A stretch of 64,000 bases of DNA, taken from the NCBI GenBank assembly GCA_951406725.2, contig OX597824.1:46066001-46130000 (forward strand), written 5' to 3'. The notes beneath the pieces were generated by a model, which worked only from the letters and a program-made list of their open reading frames with translations, had not been told where the DNA came from and did not search any database. Source of the DNA: Octopus vulgaris. Taxonomy: Eukaryota. Every line of letters starts with the position of its first letter. The first letter of the stretch is position 1. The translations under genes and the position numbers were made by a program. This document shows positions 38,088 through 52,300 of the stretch, piece after piece.

Positions 38088-38770
38088 CCTTTCTACTATA
38101 GGTACAAGGCCTGAAATTTTGGGGGAGAGGTTAAGTTGATTACATTAACCCCAGTACTCAACTGGTACTTAATTTATTGGCCCCGAAAGGATGAAAGGCA
38201 AAGTTGACCTCAACAGAACTTGAACTCAGAATGTAGCAATGGGATAAATATCACTAAGCATTTTGCCCAGCATGCTAACGATTCTGCCAGCTCACTGGAT
38301 GATGATGATGACGATAATGATGATGGTGGTGGTGATTCTTTCTCCTATTGGCACAAGGCCTGAAATTTGTTGTGGAGGGAACTAGCCAACTACATTGACA
38401 TCAGTGCTCAACTGGTACTTATTTCATTGACAGTAAGATGATTAAAGGCAAAGTCAACTTTGGAGGAATTTGAACTTAAATGCCACTAAGCATTTTGTCT
38501 GGTATGCTAACAATTCTACCAGCTCACTGCCTTAATAATGATAATAATAATAATAATAATGGTTTCAAATTTTGCTACAAAGGCAACCATTTTGGCAGGG
38601 AGGGGCTAAGTCGATTACATTGACCCCTAGTGGTACTTAATTTATCGACTCTGAAAGGATGAAAGGCAGAGTTGCCCTCAGCAGAATTTGAACTCCGAAC
38701 ATAGCGACAAGTGAAATATTGATAAGTATTTTGCCTGGCATGCTAACGATTCTGCCAGCTCATTGGCTTT

Positions 38771-38837
<67 letters not shown>

Positions 38838-39070
38838 TAATAATAACAATAATAATAATAATGGTTTCAAATTTTGGCACAAGGTCAGTAATTTCAGGGC
38901 AAGGGGTAAGTCAATTACATCAATCCCAGTACTCAGCTGTTACTTATTTTATTGATCCCAAAAGGATGAAAGGCTAGTCAACCTCAGTGGAGTTTGAACT
39001 CAGAACATAAAAACATACAAAATGCTGCTGAGCATTTTGCCCAGCATGCTAACAATTCTGCCAGCACACC
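37615..39070 (-). mobile_element. Array of five same-orientation SINE family B copies in (TAA)n tracts
   Basis: Copies at about 37615-37815, 38087-38297, 38336-38533, 38561-38770 and 38863-39066, with long (AAT)n at 37822-37885, 38025-38087 and 38773-38862. Confidence 0.9.
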
Positions 39071-39801
39071 ACCAACTTGGAACATAATTTAACAAGAAAT
39101 TTAGATGGAAAGTTTTAATTTAGATCACTTTAAAACAGGAAGCTTGTTTCATAGAAGTAAGAGTGGTCTCAGGCAGGTTGGTGTCAAAAGGTTTAAGGTT
39201 GCTTTGGTCAGTTCACTTATTGAGTTGCCTAGTATGGATCTAACTAACAAAGAGATAAACCACTGGAATAATTAAAAATAATAAATAATTGAATATCTAA
39301 AAAGTTAACAATTCTATTCTCAACTGTCTCTCTAACTCACTAAAATCAAATTGGCAAATAGGTCCATCTTTCTCTCTCCTTCAGTTAGTTTAGAACAGCA
39401 GTTCTTTAGTTTGGCATCTCCAGCCTGCAAAAGAGGTGTTGAGATTGCACTAAGGGGCATTATGACAGAAGATATTCCTAAGGTGGATTAAAGTTTGTTA
39501 TTATCCCTTTGAAATTTTCTGCATTATTATCTTTCACTGTGTTCTATGTCTCTTTTGACTTTTCCCCCTTTTTTGACCCAGCAGTACACCAAAATGTAAC
39601 AGCTGGTTGGAATGAGAGCTATGCTAGCAACTGGCTGGTACTAATTTTCAGCTGAGTGGACTGGAGCAATATAAAATGAAGTGCTTTGCTCAAGGTCACA
39701 ATGTGCTGTCCAGTTTAGGAACCCATGACATTATGATTATCAGCCAGAGTCTCTAACTACTAATAGGAATATGGTTGTACTTGATGGTTTGTACTTGTAC
39801 G

Positions 39802-39882
39802 TGATGTACTGGCTTGTACTTGATGTACTGGCTTGTACTTGATGTACTGGCTTGTACTTGATGTACTGGCTTGTACTTGATG
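39802..39882 (+). repeat. 19-bp tandem repeat, 4 perfect units
   Basis: (tgatgtactggcttgtact)4 followed by tgatg. Confidence 0.95.
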
Positions 39883-40412
39883 AATGGCCTAGTAGTTAGG
39901 GTGTTGAGCTCAAACATGTTATATCATGGGTTCAATTCTGAGACCAGACAGGGCTTTGAGCAAGGTACTTCATGATAAGCAAGGCACTTAATGCCAAGCA
40001 ATATACTTTACATCAGATAACTCATCATTTAACATCATGCTGGCATGGGTTGGATGGTTCAACAGAAACTGGTAACTCAAGTGGAAATGAGCACCAGCAC
40101 ACCAACTAGAAGTTAACCATGTGATGAACTGGTGTCTCATCTATGGAAAGAGTCTGCACTCTCTGTCGCTTGATGTCTTAAAACTAGGATAAGTTCTGGC
40201 TTGAGATAAAAAGACAGGCAGACAGTACTTGGCTGGTACATTTATTGTCAAATCTAGAAGGAAGAAAGTCTAAAACTACTTGAGGAGAGTCAAACACAAA
40301 ACTTAAAGGCATTCATTTTAATACCACAAGGCATTTTGTATATCACTCTACTAACTTTACCAATCCAGTACCCCTATTGTTGATAATAAAAACGACTAGG
40401 ATATATAGGTAC

Positions 40413-40610
40413 AAATATGGCTGTATGGTTAAGAAATTTGCTTCTGAACCACATGGTTTTGGGTTCTGTCCTATTGTATGGCAACATGGGCAAATGTCTT
40501 CTACTACAGTCCGGGGCTGACTAAAGCCTTGTGAGTAGATGTGATAGGCAGAAACTGAAAAGAATCCTCTCTTTTATATTTGTGTGAGTGAGAGAGAGAG
40601 AGAGAGAGAG

Positions 40611-40643
<33 letters not shown>

Positions 40644-40865
40644 CGTGTATGTTTGTGCCTCCTCACCTTGACATTGCCTGATAGTCATAAATGAACTTTG
40701 CGTTTGTACAAGTGGTGGCCTTCACTTCCACTCTTCTGTGGAATCATGTCCAACTATGGGAAAACAGGTGAGAGTCGAAAAACAGGAAGGACATCTGGCC
40801 ATAGGAAATCTGCCTCAACAAGTTTCATCTGATCCATGTGAACATGGAAAAGAGGACAGTAAAAT
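40413..40865 (+). mobile_element. SINE with family A head and a different 3' half (also 42398-42870)
   Basis: Family A head to gaaactgaaagaa, then (TG)n, ttgacat...tagt..taaa, and ...tctgatccat...gaaaag. Confidence 0.7.
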
Positions 40866-41234
40866 AGTAAGATCTAGAATTACATGTCGTCTCACATTAT
40901 GCTCTTTTCAGAACATTGAGCAATGAGGACAAAGAAAAATGATCATCTAATTTGTAGTGCAATAGATACAATGTGCATTCATTGTGTGAATGGTTTAAGT
41001 TTCAAATATTTTATCCACTTGTTACTGTGTTACATTTATCATTGCAATTGTGCACATGTGAGTGTGTATGTATTTTTGATTCTCTCTCTCTCTCTCTCTT
41101 TCTTTCACACACACATTTTCACACATATATGTGCAAACAGTTATATAAGTTTTCTTAGCCATCATTTCCAAACTGCTTTTTGAAATATCAAACAAATGGA
41201 CACGGATATGAAATAAACAGAAAGAGTGATAGCA

Positions 41235-41970
41235 CAACTGATTAAGAACAGAATTAGATTAGACAAGATGTAGTACAGGTACATGCCAAGATGGGACACT
41301 ACTGATGTCCTGTTTCTTATGAAACAACTTTAAGAGATGTTCTAAGGTAAGAGTAAGCCACTATACTTAGTGTTCATTGATCTGGAAGAGATCTTTAACA
41401 AGGTACTATGCATTGTAGTATGGTTGTCTCTAAGACAACTAGGTATAGATAAATGACTTGTGCACGGTATGCAAGGTGTGCAAGCCATGTAGAAAGATGC
41501 CATTAGCAAACTGGAAGTCGATGAGTTTAGAGAGTAAGTTATTGTGTAGGTAAATGTCCACAAAATAAATAAATAAATATATAACCAAATAAATAAATAA
41601 ATAAATATATAAACAACAAAAAATAACAAAATAACATTAAATCTATGACAAACTGTCAAAAGTTGTTGCTGAAGTTTTGATAGAAGAGAAAGCAAGAAGT
41701 GATTAATGGAAAGATAAAAAATGTTTTTTAAGGAAAAGTAATAGACATGACAGTATTCTTTTATTCTTTTACTTGTTTCAGTCATTTTGACTGTGGCCAT
41801 GCAGGGGCACTGCTTTTAATTGAAGAAATCAACCCCTAGACTTATTCTATGTAAGCCTAGTACTTATTCTATCAGTCTCTTGTTGAACCGCTAAATTACA
41901 GGGATGTAAACACACCAGCATCAGTTGTCAAGCAATGGTGGGGGGAATAAACACAGACATAAACACACAA

Positions 41971-42011
<41 letters not shown>

Positions 42012-43690
42012 ACAGGCTTCTTTCAGTTACCATCTACTAAATCCACTCACAAGGCACTTGCCCAAGGTGTCACACAGTGGGACTGAACCAGAACCATGTG
42101 GGTTGGGAAGCAAGCTTCTTACCACACAGTAACACAAAAATAATAACAGAATTTTAAGACTGGCTCTTCATAGGAACTTTTGTATGCTGATGATCTTGTC
42201 CTTATAGCTGAATCTGTGGAAGAGTTACAGAAGAAATTTCGACCATGGAAGCAAAGCTTAAAACTGAGAGGATTCAAGATAAACCAAGCAAAGACAAAAG
42301 TTTTAGAAGAAAAAGGCAAAATTCTATTGACATGAAGGAAGTATTTGAACTAATATGCAGAAAAAAACATAAATAAGTATTCCCTACAGTATGGGCACAA
42401 ACATGGTTGTGTAGTGAAGAAGTTTGCTTCCCAACCACATGGTTTCAGGTTCATTCCCACTGTGTGGCACCACAGGCAAGTGTCTTCTACCATAGCCCCC
42501 TCTCCCCATCAGCTGACCAAAGCCTTATGAGTGGATTTAAAATCTGAAAGAAGCCCATCATATATACGTGTGTGTGTGTGTGTGTGTGAGTGTGTGTGTG
42601 TGACTGTGCATCTTTATTTTGACATCATGTAATAGTTGTAAAATATTGTGTGACAACAGGTATAATGTTACCATCATACATGTCATTCATTTCTAATCTT
42701 CCATGAAAGCATTGAAAGCATGTTTAACTATGGGGAAATATTACTATGTTTGAAAACAAGTGAGGGTTGGTGACAAGAAGTACATCTGGCAGTAGGAAAT
42801 CTACTTCAATGAATTCTGTCTGATCCATACAAGTACAGAAAAGTGTACATTAAAGTGATGATGATGATGATAATCAATGTAAACTATAAATGAACAAGAG
42901 ATGTAGTGAAATCACAGATAGGCTGAGAGGAAAGGAAGACCACTTTGTATGTAGCAGATATACATGAGTAGCTAACAGGAAGAGCAACTAAGAAATAAAT
43001 TCTTTCAAATATTCTGATGCACCTGTTACCAAGGTGACCAATTCAGAAATGGAGTGGGCGCTCTGAAAGCATGAGTAACCAGAGTAATACAGGGTTGGAA
43101 AATATTCAGGGAGCTGTCACTGTTGTTGGTAACAAAGGGATTCTCTTTTTTCATGAAAGATAGATAGCATGACACTTGGACAATGTTGTATGATAACAAA
43201 ACATGGGCTTTAAATGTAGAGAATGTATGAAGGCTGGATATAAGTGAGGTGAGTATATTCTGTTGGATGTATAGTGTCAATGTGCATGAATAATGAAATA
43301 CAAGCGAGAGAAAAACTAGGCTTAAGAGGAATCGGATGAAAAGTGCAAGAGAGGAGATGATGCTGGTATGGACATATAAAGAAGTTCCAAGAAATTCAAA
43401 TGGAAGGAAGCTGTGGGCAGAAGTGAAGAAAACTGACCTTAAGATACTGAACTTAACAAATATGACAAATCTTCAAGCAATGATGAGACACTGTATGAAG
43501 ATGCCACAAAAAGCACCCAGTACACTTTGTGGAATGGTTGGCATTAGGAAGACCATCCAGCCATAAGAACGAAGCCAAAACAAACCATGGAACCTGTGCA
43601 GTGCCTGGCCTTGCCAGTTCCTGTCAAGCTATCCAACCCATGCCAGCATGGAAAACAGATATTAAATGTTGATAATGATGATGATGATTT
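41235..43690 (+). mobile_element. RTE LINE (RT domain to 3' tail) fragmented by SINE insertions
   Basis: KPLYLVFIDLEEIF (41350-41395), ELLYADDLVLIAESVEELQKKFRPWK (42174-42250), WKIFRELSLLLVTKG (43096-43140), (GAT)n tail 43670-43688. SINEs inserted at 41755-42130 (minus) and 42398-42870. Confidence 0.85.
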
Positions 43691-44229
43691 TCTTTTTCCA
43701 TGCTTCATTGAAAAAGCTAGCGATAAAACTGGCAATGATGATGAAAATTATTTTCCCAGCAGGTCTTCTCCACAGCTGAACAGTCTACCAGCATTCAATT
43801 TCCCAGTATATACAGGTAAGGAAAAGTCACAGGTGATAAGTTTTATTTTGTTGTTTACTTTTTAGTGTTTAAACCAGCCATATCTGACCAAAATAATCTA
43901 CCTACTATATGTTCAAACTACCCAGATCTGGTATCTCACACCTACCTATAACATCATTCTAAAAATAAGCAGTCACATTAAAATCTTGAAAATACAAGAT
44001 AATGCATGATTAACTCAAATCAATGAAGATAAATAAGCATTACATTTAATAGAATAATCTGAATGCTAAAGGGCTAATTAAGGCCACCTACTAATAAATT
44101 ATTATTGAAACATTAAAAAGGTTAAAAACCTTTCAAATTATCACTTTTTCTCTTATTTGCCCACAAAATAATACTATAAAAGATTTCAGATGCAATTAAT
44201 CGAATTAGTCATTTCTTGTTTAAGCTGGT

Positions 44230-45900
44230 AAGCATGTGGTTTGAGGGAGATTTAGCTGTTATTTCAGCAGGTTGAATGATCATGTAAAGTAGTGGTTCTC
44301 AACCAGGGTCCATATGACCCTTGGGGAACTGTGTTAGACTTTTGAGGGTCCATGCAAGCAAAATAATAAATTGGGGATCCACAGTAGTATTTTAAGGGTC
44401 CATGAAAAAATTTTGCTTTAGATGTAATTATTGCAAGAAACAGCTAGGTTTCTTTCTCTGACGTTTTACATAGTTCGAATTACATAAGTTAATGTGTGAA
44501 AAATAAAATAGGAATTTAGAAAAGAGTGTCTATAAAACTAGGTTTTACACATCAAAAGGCTTTGTAGGTCCACTGGAATACAATAGTAATCAAAGGGGTC
44601 CATAGGCAAAAAATGGTTGAGAACCATTGATGTAAAGACTCCCACATTGTTGAAGGCAATGTAAGAGAGGTCTCAGGTTATATCTGATTAAGTAAACCTA
44701 TGGTCAAAGATATTCCAACTATGTCCTAATCTTTTCAGACACAATAACAGCATATGCTTGCAGGTTTATTCAATTCCAGATTGCCTGGGGCAACATAACT
44801 GTCAGGGATGAGTTAGGACAGTAACAATTGTTGTTGTTGGTCATCTCTATGACCAACAACAACAACAACAATTGTTGCAAGTTACCAAGAATGCTTCAAC
44901 ATGGTTGCTTAGCCTGCTAAAAATAGCAGCCAAATCTTATCCTACCATCTTTGACATAGAGAATGACTCACTGGATAAAGTAGTTCACTGTAATTTAAAC
45001 CCACAATGAACTCTGATGAAGTAGATGCATAATCAAAAGCATTCTGTTGGTGACTATTCTCTCATTTTTGTTTGTTGCTTCAAGAATAGTGTATCCCAAA
45101 CCTAAGGATGGCAGGGCGTTATTTCAGGAAAGTTTAGTTGCTATTTGTAACAAGTCAAGTGCCAACATAGAAGTTACATCATTTGCTTGATTTAAAGAGA
45201 CCATGTTCAAATAGACTTGTGACCAAGAACATTCCAGCTATGATATTTCATCTTGTTTCTTTTTTCAGATATAATGTTTCTAAAACTTTATTATTTAACA
45301 CACCCTTCCTTTTTAAAGAGATTTTGAGGGAGATTTAGCTGCTATTTATAGCATGTCAAACAACCACTTAATGCCTCTTTGAATTGTGTTGCTGTTATTT
45401 AACTGCAAGTCAGAACTGATTGTGTTGACCTATGATCAAAAGTGTTCCAGTGGAGGCTATACTGTTTTTTTAATTTTTTTTTTATCAGGTACATTGTTAT
45501 CCGTAACTACTATGTTATCTAATGCATCTTTCCCTTATGATTTTCACAAGAATTAGCTATTAATTCTACAGGCTCAGTGACCACATAAAGGTATTTTCTG
45601 CTGTTGCTGTTCAGCCCTGATTAAAGTGTACATATGATCAAAGACATTCTGTGACCATCTCATCTTTTCCCTGTGTCCTGGGAATCCAGATCCATATTAT
45701 CCCAATATGACCTTTTCTAAGAGGTAAGATGTGACAGAAGAGAGATTTGATTTCTATTTCTAACAAGTTGATAAATAAGCAACCATGTTCCTTAAGTGTT
45801 TGATGATAGGAGGGGAGAAGACAAAACAAAGCTGTTGCTGTTGTTTTGGCCCAAGCCAACCATTATTCAAGAGATCTATGATCAAAGCATCATACTATTT
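44230..45900 (+). repeat. Degenerate tandem run of an old ~180-bp repeat
   Basis: Recurrent gggagatttagctgctattt and gacctatgatcaaa...attccagc...gac(c/t)at motifs, at least 5 times. Single copies at about 19035-19150 and 27950-28060. Confidence 0.65.
44290..44629 (+). mobile_element. hAT (Charlie-like) MITE
   Basis: TIR tagtggttctcaacca / tggttgagaaccattg; perfect 8-bp TSD ATGTAAAG (44282-44289, 44630-44637). Confidence 0.92.
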
Positions 45901-48214
45901 GGCTAGTGAACTGATCACTGAGGAACTATCCTGCTGAGAAAAAAGCTGCTGAAAAACTGTGACTGAGAAGTGTCACAACACACACACACAAGATCTAAGG
46001 AACAGTTGAATGGAAACCAACATAGGTTCATTAAATACCTAGTAATTGTGAATGGGGACATAAGCAAGTATTATCTTGGAAATGTTCAGAAGAGTACCTT
46101 ACAAGAAGTTGCGTTGTATGCCCTATATTGGCAAAGCAGGAGAAAATCTAATCAAAAAATTTTCAACCATGATAGCAGGTGGTGAAATCTGTGTTTTGTG
46201 CCTGCAGTCTGCTTAGCTATATGATATCATTAGACAAATTTGAGGTGTGGAACTAGTAGAATTGTTAGAACACTGGATAAAATGCTCAGCTGCATTTCTT
46301 CTGGCTTTATGCAGTGAGTTCAAATTTCAGAGAGGTTGACTTTGTCTTTCATCCTTTTCTGGTTGATGAAATAAGTACCAGTTGCGCACTAGGGTTGATG
46401 TAATTGACTACCCTGTCCCACCAAAATTTCAGGGCTTGTGCCTATAATAGAAAGGATTATTTGACAAACTTTGGTCACAAAAAACTTCCATGATGTAGAC
46501 TCTGACTATAAAGGTGATCAACATCAATGTTTTCCTTCTGCTCAGTGGTTAGAGTGTTGAGCTCACAATCATGAGGTAGTGAGTTCGATTCCTGGGCTGG
46601 GCTGTGTGTTCTTGAGCAAGTCACTTTATTCACATTGCTCTAGTTCACTCAGCTGTAGAAATGAGCTGTGACGCCACTTTTCTAGTATGTGTCCTTTAGT
46701 GTGTGCTTTATAACATATGTGTATTAGTCCAGGCTGCACAATTAAAAAAAGAGTAGGATAGGTTCTATGCAAGCCGGTTCCACTTAAACTTTTAAACAAA
46801 TTCTTTATGCAGATTATCTAATAATAAATTTTTCTTAATTTTTTTTTTAGATGTGCTCATTGTTGTTATAGACATTGAGGTATCATGTGTGTATGGGATG
46901 ATGTAAAAACCACCCTTCCATAGTTTCCACATTTATGAGAGCATATGCTAAGTGTGGCAGAGGTAGGAACAACTGCACTATACAATCCATGTGGCTGCAT
47001 CTTATTCTTTGTTACTGAATGTTCATATGGTGTTCTCAATAAGAACCATATTACACACATACTCTCACACATGCACTTCTAAACACACAGATATAGTTAT
47101 ATATGAGCATATCAGAATATGTCTGTAGTGTATGAGTGTGTGTGTATGTATGTGTGGATGTGTGTGCGATGATGTGCACACTAATATGCATACAAAAATC
47201 TATACAAATATCAGACTCTAGCATTTATCATTTGTACCAATAAGTAAGGTTCAGAGTATAATTCATTTAATGAATTCACATTCTCACTCTCTCTCTCTCA
47301 CACACACACACACGTGCACACACACACACATGCACACGCACACACACACATTTACAGAGTCACAGGCTTGCATGCAAACACATGTATGATAAGGCAGCTG
47401 GGCTGTTAAGTAGAATTATGTCACTGACTGCAATGGTGGGGGTACTGTTGATGATACAGACATATATCTATTGTAGTGGTGGTACTGGTAACATTGTGCT
47501 ATTGATGGTGATGGTCACAGTGGTGGTAATGGTAATGAAGACAGTCACTGTTGTTGTCGTGATGATAATGATGACAATATTGGTTAGTGATGATAGTGGA
47601 AAAGACAATGATGACAGTTACAGTGGTGATAATGACAATTGTGATGATAATGAAAGTAATGGAAATGTGAGATCATACTATAGCAATAATAACAGCAGCA
47701 CTAGTGATGACAATAGTGATGATAGTTGTAGAGTAGATAGCAGTGGGGCTGCAGATGGCTGTGCAGGTGACAGCACCTGTTAGGATGGCAGTAGTAAAGG
47801 TAATAGCAATGGTAATGATGTCTTTTTTATCTTTTGCTTTTGACAGCCATGGTAGTAGTGATGATGTAGTAAGTGACAATATTCATTCATAATATTGTCC
47901 ATCATCATTAACATTTTTACACTTTATTGACATGGCTTTGTCTAATGTGAACGTGGAGATTTCATTTATTTTAAAGTCCAATTAGCAGGCTGAACATAAC
48001 AATTAATTAGAAAAGATCGAAACAAATACTGCTGCTGGCAAAGATTTTTTTCTTTCTTTTTTTTTTTTAATCAATGAACTGACTACATTCACGGAAAGTG
48101 AAAGTAAACATTGAAATTCTCCGTATTTTGACAGATGTTTCAGGATGTCTTACACCTGAGTAGAACTTGATAAATATGGAATTTTCTTGTTGAGTTACCC
48201 ATGTTTTGGGACAA

Positions 48215-48870
48215 GCTTTGAAGGGTCAAATGTGCTGTGCATGAAGACATCAAGAACAAGCCTGTATGATTGGAAAAGATCAGTTCATGTCTGATAAAAC
48301 TGGGAAGATCTGTAACATTGGTCAATTCCTCACAAGAAACTCATCATACTCTGGTCCTTTTCCAATGAGAACTTCAACCCAAACTAAAAGGTGAATGGGA
48401 AGAATGATAGGTAGCACTGCATGGAACCTAAAGAGGTATCCACAGTGATGAACACTAAGTTCTCACTGTCTCTGATGGTTGTAGGAGTCCTAATCAACAA
48501 GAGCCATATCATGACTTCAATTCTTCCTACAGGTTCAATGACACCACCTACACAGAGGTACTGGATACAGTGGTCAAGTTCTGGATGAAACAGATGATCC
48601 AGAAAAGGCAGTACATGTCCCAGCAAGACACTACATGGCCTTTGTGACACAAGATTGGCTGAGTGAGAATTTTCATGGCATACTAGGCATTCTGATTTTC
48701 ATGGCATACTAGGCATTCTGATTTAAACCCTACCACAGCTGAGAGTGTTGTCAAGAGGGAGAAACAGAATGGTGGCCCTAAAGTACCAAGGACTCATTAA
48801 AGGTCACCATCATAAGTATGATGGGAAACATGAACAAGACTCACCTGATTCTAGCACAGCAACACAGCTT
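48215..48870 (+). mobile_element. Second DD37D/maT-like transposase relic
   Basis: Decayed VHEDIK...LWSFSNE...KVNGKNDR...VMNTKFSLSLMVVGVL...YTEVLDTVVKFWMK...YMSQQD...TQDWLSENF, homologous to 7235-8364. Contains a 26-bp tandem duplication at 48669-48720. Confidence 0.8.
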
Positions 48871-48917
48871 TAAAGTATCTCTTTAATATTTATCTTTAAT
48901 ATATTTTAGTTGAATAT

Positions 48918-49075
48918 GAGGAGACCCAGGAAGATATCAGAAAGAGTGGTAAAAACTGATCTCAGGACCTTGAACCTCACAGAAGAGATGACCAGAGACT
49001 AGGATGACTGGTGATATGCAATTCTTGGGAAGACCTGCCCCCACCTTGGAGAAACTGAGATTCTGGAAGCACAAT
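48918..49075 (+). mobile_element. RTE LINE C-terminal fragment
   Basis: RPRK...[21 protein letters not shown], homologous to the RTE at 1026-1895. Confidence 0.7.
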
Positions 49076-49096
49076 GAGTGTGTGAGTGCACATATG

Positions 49097-49138
<42 letters not shown>

Positions 49139-50894
49139 TATGCATGTGTGTGTATATATATATATATACACACATATATATGTGTGTATGTGTAGATTCA
49201 CTAGATGTGATCAATTACAGGACTTAATACAAATGTAGAGTATTCTTTAATATATTATAACTGGTCAATTGTAGGTAATATGCAATCTTACTGAATGGAA
49301 GCTTCAAATCAAAGATATGGTGTGACCTTTGAGCATAAAAAACTAAGAATTTTGACTCATGGCACCAATAATTTGAACAAAAGAAATAAACTGTTAATAT
49401 CTTGTATGTATGTAGCTAAGTATCTTTTATGCAAATACAAGCCTCCTTGCATTTCATTCTGGGGCAGAAAAGGTGTTGATTTTCGAAATATTTAATTAAT
49501 AGATTTCATTAATATGTTTTAATATGTGTGTGTGCATGTCTATATGTGAGTATATGTATATAAGCTCTGTGTGTGTGTGTATGTACATACTCACACACGT
49601 TATGTATGTGAAAATATAATTCTGGGTATATATGTGAGTCAATGTGTTTACAAATGTATATATGCATGCATCTGCACAAGAGCATGCAAAATGAACACCT
49701 TTATACACACCTATTGTTTTTTCAAAAAGAATTAATTAAAGTATTGCTTAAAAGTATTATTTTGGAACATTGCTTAAACAACAATGCAATTTCATGACTT
49801 TGATTACATGGAGTTTATGCTATTTATAATAATACAACCATGAGAACCAGAAATGAAATCAAAAGTGTGAGCCTGAAGCAGTCGTTTTTGCAAGTGTCAT
49901 TCACAAAGGTTTTTAAATGAAGGACCATAAAGATAAGCATTTCCTTCAAACTCTCATTTCATATTTCAAAAAATATTCAGTCAGTGGATATTAAAAAGAA
50001 AACCAGGCTTGGTTTACCAGCTGATAATCAGAAATGAGCAACCCTGAGTATTGGAAACCAGAGCCATTTATGCACATATTCCTTCCTCAAGACATTCTCA
50101 CAGCCCATTATCGCTCTAACTGCACTATTCTGCTGGTGTAATTAAATGTAAGCAGAACTACATACCTCAGCTTTTCCCTGATACCAATTACCCCTCTTAC
50201 TTCCCTGGAACCACTTCATTCTTAGCCATCTTTCATTCTTAACAATATTCTCACCAGCCACATTTACACTGATCACATTCTTGAGTCACCAAGTTATCTC
50301 CACTGCCATACCTTTCCCACTCACTATCTCTACCCCACACTCTTACAACCTAACCAACCACATAATCCCCTCTCTCCCTTTCTTACCCTTTCCATTGTAT
50401 ACCTATTATTTTCATTACTACTCAGCTATACACTCTTGCAACGTCTATCCGTCTACACCTCCTGTTCTCCTGTACACACTCCTATTCATCTTGTTTTGTG
50501 AGTCCACCCTGACACCACATCACTAATATTTTATCTCTTTTCAGTTTCACCCTGCCTATTAACATCCTTTGTTCAATAATTTGTAGCCCCCCTCCACCAA
50601 GAAACTTATTTTATTCTGACCCTTTTTTTCTCACTTTAACATCCTCATCCCATAAAAGCACCTTCCTCTCTACTGTGGCCTGCTCAGTTGAAGAAGATCT
50701 TAGTCTTGCAGGCTATATGGTAACTTCACTAGTGCTGGTGCCATGAAAAGGAAGGGCATCCAACCTTAGAAACCATATTAAAGCTGACATTGGAGCACAA
50801 TGCAGTATTTGGACATGTTGTATCCTGTCAAACTGTCTTACCCATGCCAGCATAAGACATCGACATTAAATGATGATGACGATAATAAAACCAA

Positions 50895-50945
<51 letters not shown>

Positions 50946-51002
50946 TAGATGTGTTTCGACCAATGATTGGTCCAGGCCATGTCTAACTTAATAGCACCAC
51001 CT

Positions 51003-51052
<50 letters not shown>

Positions 51053-51984
51053 TACTCAAGCATACATATAATGCAAGGTGGTTATTTTAAAACTTGTTTG
51101 AGAATAACTAAAGAACAATTACTGAAAGTAGAGTCAAATTCATTGTAAAATCTATGCTAACCAGGATCTCAAGTTTCACCTGACAGCTTATTCAATTAAT
51201 CTAACTATCCAAATAAGCAGATATTTACAAAACACACACACACAGCAGCTATTTCTGATGTCCTCCAGATTGAGTGGCTTTCTTTATAACCACTGAAATT
51301 TCTGATAACCGAGAAGGTCAATCCTTGCACATATCGGTGAGAACAAAGATGGAAAAGAAGAGTTAGCAATAAGTGAGCTGTTGTTGTTGCTGTTGTATCA
51401 TTCATTCTTTATCTTCAGCTTTCCTTTTTACTTTTTACTAAAAAAATGTCAGTTCTGGTTGTGATAGAATGACACCAGTAAGACTGATAAACACTTAGCT
51501 ACAAAGTGAGCTTCCATACAATATCTATTTATCAATTTCATTCACTAAGCACAGGTCAATTCAAGATTACTCTCGAAGATACTTACCCAGTGTGATTCAT
51601 AATGGGAGAAAACTTGGAATCATATTCACATATTCATAGATAGTGAATTAATTCATGGTAGTCTTCCAAGTCTGAGAAAGATGGTTCTGTGATTTCTTGG
51701 TGAACAAACTGCACAGATGATTTGTTTACAGTGATTGAATGTTTATGCTGTAAATCACTCCCTCCATCAAAGTGGTACTGCCTGTACAGGTAAATGGTGT
51801 GCAACACACCAGGTGTTGAAATGATCACAGGACAACACAATACAAAGTGTTTCACTCAAAAACACAATGCACCGCCTGGTCCGAGAATGGAACCCATGAT
51901 CTATTGATCATGAGTGTAAGTCCTTAACCACTATGGCACATTCTCCCATTATATGGTGAATATAGGTATATTAAAACAAAAGGG

Positions 51985-52300
51985 TAAGGCATGTGACTCA
52001 GTGGTTAGAGCTCAGGTTCACAATAATGAAGTAGTGAGTTCAATTCCCAGATCAGGATATGTGTTGTATTCTTGAGCAAGACTCTTTATTTCATGTTGCT
52101 CCAGTTCACTCAGCTATAGAAATGAGTTGCGACATCACTGATGCCAAGTTCTGTCAGCCTTTAGATAACATTGGTGGCATGGAGAGGGGAGGCTGGTATG
52201 CTGGTATGCTGGTCTTCCATAAACAACTTTGCCTGGATTTGTGCCTTGGAGGGTAACTTTCTAGGAGCAATCCCATAGACATTCATGACCAAAGGAGGTC
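51985..52300 (+). mobile_element. tRNA-derived SINE family D (heads also at 39885, 46540, 52888 plus; 39640-39760 and 51800-51940 minus)
   Basis: A-box-like tgactcagtggttagag, B-box gagttcaattcc, then cttgagcaagac..tttatttca.gttgctccagttcactcagct. Confidence 0.75.

Noticed and set aside
39802-39882. Short direct repeats as a CRISPR array (also 5545-5865)
   Set aside because: Units are contiguous with no unique spacers; eukaryotic context with no cas genes.
47382-47880. 133-aa ORF with hydrophobic and acidic stretches
   Set aside because: Translation of degenerate GAT/GGT trinucleotide low-complexity DNA.
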